From: Bifidobacterium longum subsp. longum JCM 1217
GTDB lineage: Bacteria > Actinomycetota > Actinomycetes > Actinomycetales > Bifidobacteriaceae
Length of the DNA stretch: 32,000 nucleotides
Assembly: GCF_000196555.1 (NCBI RefSeq)
Contig: NC_015067.1
Coordinates: forward strand, 2,220,001-2,252,000
Direction: 5' to 3'
The notes under the pieces are model-generated. The model saw nothing but the letters and a program-made list of their open reading frames with translations, was not told the DNA's origin and did not search any database. Positions 8,150 to 15,162 of this stretch are shown one piece after another (position 1 is the first letter of the stretch; every line of letters starts with the position of its first letter). The position numbers and the translations under genes are program-made.

Positions 8150-11100
8150 CTATTCCACGGACTTGAGCGAGCTGACCGGGTCTACGCGATCGAGCACTGG
8201 GTTGGTGAACAGCTGCACCAGCAGCGCGAACGCCAGCGTCGCCACCACGGCAATCGCATAGCTGTGCCAGTGCACTTCCACTTCGAAATACAGCGACGGC
8301 ATATTCAACGCAGCAGTCAGTAATCCGCCTATCCACCTGCCAAGCGGCAGACCAACCACCACACCCATACCGGTCAATATCATCATCTCGCGGTTCACGT
8401 AGTTGTGCACCTCGCGGTCATAGAAGCCCAGCACCTTCAGTGTGGCCATCTCGCGGATGCGTTCGGACACGTTCGTATTGGCCAACGTAAACAGCACCAC
8501 CAGCGCCAGGCCGCCGGCGAGCCCCACAATCAGCGCCACCACGGCACCCATCAAATCGAACTTAAACGTGGCGGCCAGATGCGCACAGCTCACGGCCTTG
8601 AGCACCGACGATTCCTCGCCCAACCGATCCGCATATTCGGCCTGTTCGGTCTCGGAACCTTTCAGCTTGGCGAGCATCGCGTTCCACGTCAAGGTCGAGG
8701 CAGTGCCATCTCCCGAAGCCGAAGACGTCACACCGTCGGCCGCAAACTTCTGGTCGTACAGTCGCTCACTGATGTACACATCAGAGCCGATGAGGTTGCG
8801 CGTCACCGCCGCAACCTTCACCTTGGCCCGCCCGCTGCCGCCATTGCTCAACGTGACGGTGTCGCCCGCATGAATATCCAACGAATTGGCTGCGGACTTC
8901 GCCACAATCACACCACTATCGTCCAGCGCTACAGTGCCGCCACCCGCTTTGCCGAAGATATTGGGCAGCTCGAACCACCCATCGTCACCGGCCTCTTCCA
9001 GCGTGACCATGTCGTTCAGTTTGTTCAACGAATTGTTGGGCACCGTCATCAGCTGCACGGTTTCGCTTTCCTGCGCCGCATTGCTCATCTCGCCGCTATC
9101 CACGCGCAGATTCAGCGTTTCGGTGGCCCGGCCATCTTGTGCCACCTGCTTGCGCATCGCGGCGGCGTCATCGTCATTGGCCACCACCATCAAGTCATAC
9201 TGGTAGATCTGCTCATATTGCTTGACGCCAGTCGTGTCGACGGTGTCGTTAATCGCAAATCCGCAGATAATCAGCGCTGTGCAACCAGCCACGCCGCCCA
9301 CGGTCATAATCAAACGCGACTTGAATCGGAAGATATTGCGCGCAGTGACTTTGCCGAGGAAGTTCAGCCGGCTCCATACCGGGCGAATCCGCTCCAACAA
9401 TATGCGAGCGCCCGCCTTCGGCGCCTTCGGGCGCATCAGCGCGGCGGGCGTGTGCCGTATCTCCTCGCGGCAGGCGAGCGCGGTGACCACGCCCACACCG
9501 ACCACGAACAGCACGATGCCGGCCGAGCCGTACAGCCAGTCGTATTCAAGTCGCACACCGGGCAATATATACAGTCCCTCAATCACCACCATCAGGAATG
9601 CCGGGATGCCGAGGAATCCGACCAGCAGACCGATGCCGCCGCCGACCAAGCAGGCGAGCAACGCGAACAGCAGATACCGGCTGGACACGGCGAGTCCGCC
9701 ATAGCCGAGTCCAAGGTAGGTGCCGATAAGTCCGCGATCTTCCTCGACCATGCGGGTCATGGTGGTCAGGCTCATGAGCACGGCGACCAGCAGGAACACA
9801 ATCGGGAATGCGCGGCCGATGGATTCGATGGAACTGACATCTGATTTGAGCGAGCTGAATCCGTCGATCGAAGCGCGCGTCTGCACATACCAACGTGCGT
9901 TGGCCACATCGTCGATGCGCCGTTGCTGCTTGGCGAATTCGCTTTCCGCTTCGCTTCGCATCGCATCGAGTGCAGACTGCGCATCATCCAGTTTCGCCTT
10001 GCCGTCCGCGAGCTGTTGTTCGCCTTCTTCCAGCTGCCGCTCGCCTTCTTCAAGCTGCCGCTTGCCGCTGGCCAGTTGGGCGGCCTGCGCTTCAAGTTGC
10101 GCCGACTGGGTTTCGAGGGTTGCGGCATTCGCTTCGAGTTCCGCGGATTTGGTATTGAGCTGTGCCTCTCCTGCAGCCGCTTCCTGTTCCTTGGCGGTCA
10201 GTTGCGCGTTCTGCTGGTCCAAGGTGGATTGTGCGGGGGCAATGGTTTCGTTTAATGTGCGCTGCAAATCGGCTTTCTGCTGGGCCAGACTGTCTCGCTG
10301 CGTTTGCAGTTCCGTTTGCTTGGCGGTCAGCTGTTGCCGCAGATCGCTGATTGACGGCACTTCAGGCAGGGTAATGCCAAGGCGCGCGAGCAGTTGCTTG
10401 ATGGCCTGCCATGTGGGTGAGTTGAGGTCGATATTCGGGTCAAGTTGCGCCAGTAGATTGTCGGCCTGTTGAATCATGGACAGCATCTGATCAATTTGCG
10501 CCATGCCTTGGTCGATTTGGGTAATGCCCTGTTCGATTTTCGTGCGATTGGCAGTCAGTTCCGTTTGCGCCGCATCGAGCTGTTTGCGAGCCGAGGTGAG
10601 CTGCGCTTTGCCCGATTCGAGCTGGGTGCGCGCTTCGGCTATCTGCTGGCGACCTTGCGCGATCTGTTGACGGGCCGATGCAATCTGCGCACGTCCATCG
10701 GCGAGCTGCCGTTCGCCATCGGTAATGGTTGTCCTGTTGTTCTCCAATTCGGTACGGCTATCTTGCAATGTCGTTTTGTTGGCTTCCAGCTCGGCCCAGT
10801 TGTCGTCGATCTGCTTCTGGGCTTCGTCCAGCTGCTCGTTGGCCTCGTCTTTGGCATCATCCAGTTTGCGCTGCGCGCTGGAGACGATCTGTTGACGACG
10901 GGCTTTCTGGCGTGTGGTCTGTATCTGATGTTCGATACGGTCGGCCACGGTTTTGACGGCTTCATCGTAGGCATCGGAAAACGTGTCAAAATCGGACGCA
11001 CCAGTGACGGCAACCGATATCGCAGTGTATATATTGCCGGTCACGCCGTCGCTGGGTGCAAAGAACGTATAGTCCTCGGATGAGGTGGACCGGAAGGAGG

Positions 11101-11911
11101 TCATGCCCGAATAGCCGTCTGGATTGTTGAGGTCGCGCGGGTCGAGTACGACGCCGGTGATGGTGAGTTTCGTGGGGAACTGCGGGGATTGCTCGGCGTC
11201 GGCGTCCGTATTGGCGGCGGACTTCGCATCGGATGCCGAGGCATTGGCGGCGACACCTACCGTATCGGCATTATTGGAATCGTCAGTCTCCGTGGCCGCT
11301 ACCGATATGACGGATGAAGAGGTGTCTTGTGGCGTCACAGTAATGGTGCCGCCAATCTTGAGTCCGCTATCGTTCAGGAATTGCTGCGTAACCGCCACTT
11401 CGCCGGCCTTGTTCGGCAGTTTGCCCTGCCGTATGTACGGCTGATCAAGCCCTTCGGTACCGATTTCCTGCATGGTCACGGTTTTCTTGGTGCCGTCCAC
11501 CAACGTGGTCACCGTCTGAGAACGTTCGGGCTGCACGGTTTGCACACCGTCGATTCGGCGCAGTGCCGCTGCATCATCACCGGTCAGGCCGTATGTGGAT
11601 AGCACCTGCAGGTCATGCAGTCCCTGCTGATCGTAAAAACGACCGGCCGCCAGAAAAGCATCGCGGCATCCGGCGTAGATGCCGGTCAGCACGGCCACGC
11701 CAAGCAGCGTAATGACGGCGATCGAGACGAACCTCTTCCAGCTGCGCAGCCAGCAACGCAACGTATCTTTGGCAAATACCGCAGAAACGCCCGCTCCTCG
11801 ACCGCCGCTATCGTCGAGGTTCCGCCGTTTCACAGAATGTTTCACAGGTTGTTTCACGAATCGCCTCGCTTGTTTCACGGGGCGTTTCACAGAGTGTCTT
11901 GCAGTGAGCAT
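8150..11911 (-). CDS. MacB/FtsX-type ABC transporter permease with two FtsX domains and a very large extracytoplasmic domain containing about 340 aa of coiled coil
   Basis: The start ATG at 11911 follows AGGTGA (11923..11918), which overlaps the ATPase stop and implies translational coupling. TM1 is RFVSIAVITLLGVAVLTGIYAG. FtsX-like blocks are FPIVFLLVAVLMSLTTMTRMVEEDRGLIGTYLGLGY and the C-terminal NVSERIREMATLKVLGFYDREVHNYVNREMMILTGMG. The Q/A/E/L-rich heptad-like region maps to roughly nt 9900..10930. Confidence 0.9.
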   Translation of the reverse strand: MLTARHSVKRPVKQARRFVKQPVKHSVKRRNLDDSGGRGAGVSAVFAKDTLRCWLRSWKRFVSIAVITLLGVAVLTGIYAGCRDAFLAAGRFYDQQGLHDLQVLSTYGLTGDDAAALRRIDGVQTVQPERSQTVTTLVDGTKKTVTMQEIGTEGLDQPYIRQGKLPNKAGEVAVTQQFLNDSGLKIGGTITVTPQDTSSSVISVAATETDDSNNADTVGVAANASASDAKSAANTDADAEQSPQFPTKLTITGVVLDPRDLNNPDGYSGMTSFRSTSSEDYTFFAPSDGVTGNIYTAISVAVTGASDFDTFSDAYDEAVKTVADRIEHQIQTTRQKARRQQIVSSAQRKLDDAKDEANEQLDEAQKQIDDNWAELEANKTTLQDSRTELENNRTTITDGERQLADGRAQIASARQQIAQGRQQIAEARTQLESGKAQLTSARKQLDAAQTELTANRTKIEQGITQIDQGMAQIDQMLSMIQQADNLLAQLDPNIDLNSPTWQAIKQLLARLGITLPEVPSISDLRQQLTAKQTELQTQRDSLAQQKADLQRTLNETIAPAQSTLDQQNAQLTAKEQEAAAGEAQLNTKSAELEANAATLETQSAQLEAQAAQLASGKRQLEEGERQLEEGEQQLADGKAKLDDAQSALDAMRSEAESEFAKQQRRIDDVANARWYVQTRASIDGFSSLKSDVSSIESIGRAFPIVFLLVAVLMSLTTMTRMVEEDRGLIGTYLGLGYGGLAVSSRYLLFALLACLVGGGIGLLVGFLGIPAFLMVVIEGLYILPGVRLEYDWLYGSAGIVLFVVGVGVVTALACREEIRHTPAALMRPKAPKAGARILLERIRPVWSRLNFLGKVTARNIFRFKSRLIMTVGGVAGCTALIICGFAINDTVDTTGVKQYEQIYQYDLMVVANDDDAAAMRKQVAQDGRATETLNLRVDSGEMSNAAQESETVQLMTVPNNSLNKLNDMVTLEEAGDDGWFELPNIFGKAGGGTVALDDSGVIVAKSAANSLDIHAGDTVTLSNGGSGRAKVKVAAVTRNLIGSDVYISERLYDQKFAADGVTSSASGDGTASTLTWNAMLAKLKGSETEQAEYADRLGEESSVLKAVSCAHLAATFKFDLMGAVVALIVGLAGGLALVVLFTLANTNVSERIREMATLKVLGFYDREVHNYVNREMMILTGMGVVVGLPLGRWIGGLLTAALNMPSLYFEVEVHWHSYAIAVVATLAFALLVQLFTNPVLDRVDPVSSLKSVE
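11827..11890 (-). repeat. Five copies of GTGAAAC (plus-strand GTTTCAC) inside the 5' end of the permease CDS
   Basis: GTTTCAC occurs at 11827, 11839, 11851, 11872 and 11884, spaced 12, 12, 21 and 12 bp. It encodes the basic peptide repeat HSVKRPVKQARRFVKQPVKHSVKRR. Confidence 0.75.
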
Positions 11912-11921
11912 CGCCAATCAC

Positions 11922-12623
11922 CTACCATTCGATATCGGCGATGGGCCGCGGCGTTGCGTTGACCTCCTCGCTGGTCACCTTGCCGGAGCGGAAGCGAATC
12001 ACTTTGTGAGCCATCGGTGCAAGCGCGGAATTATGCGTGATGATCATTACGGTCATGCCTTGTGTTTGGCAAATATCCTGCAGCAACTGCAGCACTTCCT
12101 TGCCGGTCTCGTAATCGAGCGCACCGGTCGGCTCATCGCACAACAGCAGCTTCGGCTTTTTGGCAATCGCGCGGGCGATGGATACACGCTGTTGTTCGCC
12201 GCCGGACAGTTGCGCTGGGAAGTTCCCCATGCGCTCCCCCAACCCGACCTTGTACAAGGTTTCCACCGGGTCGAAATGGTCGGGGCAAATCTGTGAGGCA
12301 AGCTCCACGTTTTCCAGCGCGGTAAGGTTCGGCACAAGATTGTAGAACTGGAAAACGAAGCCGATGTCGTTGCGCCGGTAGGTCACCAGTCCCTTTTTCC
12401 GCAGGCCCGTAATATCGCGCCCGCCGACCACTACGCGGCCGGTTGTGGCGGTATCCATGCCGCCCAGAATGTTCAATGCCGTGGTTTTGCCGGCACCGGA
12501 CTGTCCCAGAATCACGCTTAATTCGCCTTGTTCGGCGGTAAAGCTGGCCTCGTCGAGCGCGCGAATCACACTGCTACCAGAAGGATATTCCTTGACCACA
12601 TGGTCGAATTCGATATACGCCAT
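11922..12623 (-). CDS. ABC transporter ATP-binding protein (MacB/LolD-type)
   Basis: Walker A GQSGAGKT, signature LSGGEQQR, Walker [10 protein letters not shown]-loop ITHN. The ATG at 12623 (MAYIEFDHV...) is preceded by GGAGGTG. The longer track ORF to 12707 starts at a non-ATG codon with no SD. Confidence 0.9.
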   Translation of the reverse strand: MAYIEFDHVVKEYPSGSSVIRALDEASFTAEQGELSVILGQSGAGKTTALNILGGMDTATTGRVVVGGRDITGLRKKGLVTYRRNDIGFVFQFYNLVPNLTALENVELASQICPDHFDPVETLYKVGLGERMGNFPAQLSGGEQQRVSIARAIAKKPKLLLCDEPTGALDYETGKEVLQLLQDICQTQGMTVMIITHNSALAPMAHKVIRFRSGKVTSEEVNATPRPIADIEW

Positions 12624-12766
12624 CGCACACCTCCAACGCGCTCGTGGCAGCCACCTAGCCCCATAGGCCCCGCCAAAACTTCCTGCTATACTCAAGTAAA
12701 ACAACACTGTGTCGGTTCTGCAACCAACAGTTGGATTGTGGGTTGTCGGAATTTGGGGAGAAGGCC

Positions 12767-13336
12767 ATGGCCAAAGAATTGACGGAAAGCCGCCGCACCC
12801 GCTACACGAGACGTGCCATGCAGGACGCGCTTATCGAGTTGCTGCGCAATCAGCCGCTCGGCTCCATCACCGTTAAAGCGTTGTGCGAGCGGGCCGATGT
12901 GAATCGTTCCACGTTTTACGCGCATTATGCGAGCATCGAGGAACTGCTGCACGACATTGAAGACGAAACCATGGCCTGGGTCACCACCGCACTCGAACAG
13001 CTACTCGCCCAGCCAGATTCTGCCGGCATCGAGCATGTTATTGAGCGCATCTGCCAGTACATTGCCGACAATCGCAAGCATCTGCAGGTATTGATGAGCC
13101 CGAAAGCGGATATCGGCTTCCAGCAGCAGCTGCTGGGATTGATTTACAGCCAGCGCGGCGTAGGCGAACAGTTGCAATCTTCGGCGGGTTACCCAGCCGA
13201 GGCGCAGATGCGTATGCGATTCGCCGTGTCCGGCAGCATTGGGCTTTTGCAATATTGGCTCGCCACCGATCTCGCGGCCTCTCCCGAATCGGTGTCCCAC
13301 ACCATCTTCACCATGTGTATGCCTGCCACGCAGTGA
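12767..13336 (+). CDS. TetR/AcrR-family transcriptional regulator (DhaS-like subgroup), divergent from the ABC operon
   Basis: The N-terminal HTH TRRAMQDALIELLRNQPLGSITVKALCERADVNRSTFYAHYASIEELL is typical of TetR. The ATG at 12767 (MAKELTES...) follows GGGGAGAAGG. The track start at 12731 is a TTG with no SD. Confidence 0.85.
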   Translation: MAKELTESRRTRYTRRAMQDALIELLRNQPLGSITVKALCERADVNRSTFYAHYASIEELLHDIEDETMAWVTTALEQLLAQPDSAGIEHVIERICQYIADNRKHLQVLMSPKADIGFQQQLLGLIYSQRGVGEQLQSSAGYPAEAQMRMRFAVSGSIGLLQYWLATDLAASPESVSHTIFTMCMPATQ

Positions 13337-13558
13337 ACACGGTGAATTCAGTGAACTCAGTGAAGCGTGCGGTTTCATAAGCATCGCTCGCTATAGCTTC
13401 GCCTGCTCACCGGCCGCGCCCACGCCCGCGCTTGCGATAGCGCACAAATAGACGATTGACCATTTCTGAGACGATACGGCGGCATAGAATAACGAACGTT
13501 GCGCATCGCGGCAAGCCCCGCGTGCGCCAAAACCCAAGAAATGTGAGAGAAGGGCACA

Positions 13559-15040
13559 ATGAGTACTGCTGATGCGCCTAAGAAGCCGCGCGAAACCGAC
13601 GACGTGCCGGTGCCGGCCACGCTGCGCAAGTCACTGAAGAACCGTCATATCCAGCTGATTGCACTGGGCGGCGCCATCGGAACCGGCCTGTTCTATGGTT
13701 CCAGCGAATCCATCGCGCTGGCCGGCCCCTCGATTCTGCTCGCCTACTTGGTTGGCGGCTTCGCAATCTTCATGATCGTGCGCGCGCTGAGCGAAATGTC
13801 CGTTGAGGATCCGAAGGCGGGCGCGTTCAGCTACTACGCCACTCGCTACTGGTCCAAGCGCGCCGGCTTCATCTCCGGTTGGAACTACTGGTTCAATTAC
13901 ATCCTCGTCTCGATGGTTGAGCTGTCCGTGGTGGGCAAATTCGTAAACTACTGGTTCCCGGCGATTCCGACATGGGTGTCGGCGGCCGTGTTCTTGGTGA
14001 TTATCTGCGCCGCCAACCTGCTGGGCGTCTCCAAGTTCGGTGAGTTCGAGTTCTGGTTCGCCATTATCAAGATTGTGGCCGTGATCGCCATGATCGTCGG
14101 CGGCCTGGCCGTCATCATCTTCGCTCTGCCCACCGCATCCGGCATCAAAGCGAGCTTTGCCAACTGGTTCACCTTGGAAGGGGGCTTCTTCCCGAACGGT
14201 CTCATGGAGCAGACTAAGGACGGCACCTGGACCGGCCTGTTGATGGCGCTTGTCGTGGTGATGTTCAGCTTCGGCGGCACCGAGCTCATCGGCATCACCG
14301 CCGGCGAAACCGAGGACCCTCGTCGTACGATTCCCCGCGCCACCAATGACATTATCTGGCGAATTCTCGTGTTCTACATTGGCGCGCTCGGCGTAATCAT
14401 GGCCGTAATACCGTGGAACACCATCGGCGGAGACGATGTTCCCAGCCCGTTCGTGCAAATCTTCGATTCCGTGGGCATCCACGCGGCCGCCGGCATCCTC
14501 AACTTCGTGTGCCTGACCGCTGTGATGAGCGTCTACAACTCCGGCCTGTACGCCAACTCCCGCATGCTGTATTCGCTGGCCAAACAAGGCAATGCACCCG
14601 CGTATCTGGGCAAGCTCAACGCTAAGGGCGTGCCGGTGGCCGGCGTGCTGACGTCCGCCGTGATCACCGCCATCGCCGTGGTCGTGGTGTTCGTGTGGCC
14701 TGAGTTCGCGTTCAACTATCTGATGTCGATTGCCACCATCGCCGGCATCATCAACTGGACGATGATCATGTTCACCGAAATGAAGTTCCGTAAGGTGGTC
14801 GCCGCGGGCGGCGCTCCCGAGGATTCCGAACTGGCAGGCAAGTCCGGCAAGGAAGCGCTCGACGCGATTCACTTCAAGCTGCCGTTCGCTAAGGTGACCC
14901 CGTGGGTGGTGTTGGCGTTCTTGGCACTGGTGGTGGTGCTCATGTGCTTCTCCGCCAGCTACCGCGTCGCCGTTATCGCCGGCGTGATCTGGCTCGCCAT
15001 TCTCTTCGCCGCCTACCAGATCACTCAGGCGAAGCGATAA
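13559..15040 (+). CDS. Amino-acid permease, APC superfamily (AroP/ProY/CycA-like)
   Basis: LKNRHIQLIALGGAIGTGLFYGSSESI signature and about 12 TM segments. The SD GAGAGAAGGG (13545..13554) precedes the ATG at 13559. Confidence 0.9.
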   Translation: MSTADAPKKPRETDDVPVPATLRKSLKNRHIQLIALGGAIGTGLFYGSSESIALAGPSILLAYLVGGFAIFMIVRALSEMSVEDPKAGAFSYYATRYWSKRAGFISGWNYWFNYILVSMVELSVVGKFVNYWFPAIPTWVSAAVFLVIICAANLLGVSKFGEFEFWFAIIKIVAVIAMIVGGLAVIIFALPTASGIKASFANWFTLEGGFFPNGLMEQTKDGTWTGLLMALVVVMFSFGGTELIGITAGETEDPRRTIPRATNDIIWRILVFYIGALGVIMAVIPWNTIGGDDVPSPFVQIFDSVGIHAAAGILNFVCLTAVMSVYNSGLYANSRMLYSLAKQGNAPAYLGKLNAKGVPVAGVLTSAVITAIAVVVVFVWPEFAFNYLMSIATIAGIINWTMIMFTEMKFRKVVAAGGAPEDSELAGKSGKEALDAIHFKLPFAKVTPWVVLAFLALVVVLMCFSASYRVAVIAGVIWLAILFAAYQITQAKR

Positions 15041-15048
15041 GCCCCCTA

Positions 15049-15095
15049 TTGCAAAAAACTCTCACTGAGGGATGCCCAGCGAGAGTTTTTTGCAA
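15049..15095. terminator. Palindromic A6/T6-flanked hairpin, copy 1 of a repeated element; terminator for the convergent genes
   Basis: TTGCAAAAAACTCTCACTG-agggatgcc-CAGCGAGAGTTTTTTGCAA, with one A/C mismatch in the stem. The T-run lies on the plus strand and the A-run gives a T-run on the minus strand. Confidence 0.6.
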
Positions 15096-15109
15096 AATCA
15101 GGCCACTCG

Positions 15110-15156
15110 TTGCAAATTTCTCTCACTGACTAAGCGTCAGTGAGAGTTTTTTGCAA
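15110..15156. terminator. Palindromic hairpin, copy 2 of the same element
   Basis: 11-bp perfect stem CTCTCACTGAC (15120..15130) / GTCAGTGAGAG (15136..15146), loop TAAGC, followed by TTTTTTGCAA. It ends 7 nt before the stop (15163) of the 1984-aa gene. Confidence 0.6.
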
Positions 15157-15162
15157 TTGGGG

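Noticed and set aside
6448-14872. Long antisense ORFs inside transporter genes: 6448..7782 (+), 8405..9844 (+), 9720..10472 (+) and 13631..14872 (-)
   Set aside because: Each lies opposite a gene with strong family signatures (APC permease, FtsX permease). Their H/R/G/D-rich or S/A/C-rich compositions are not protein-like.
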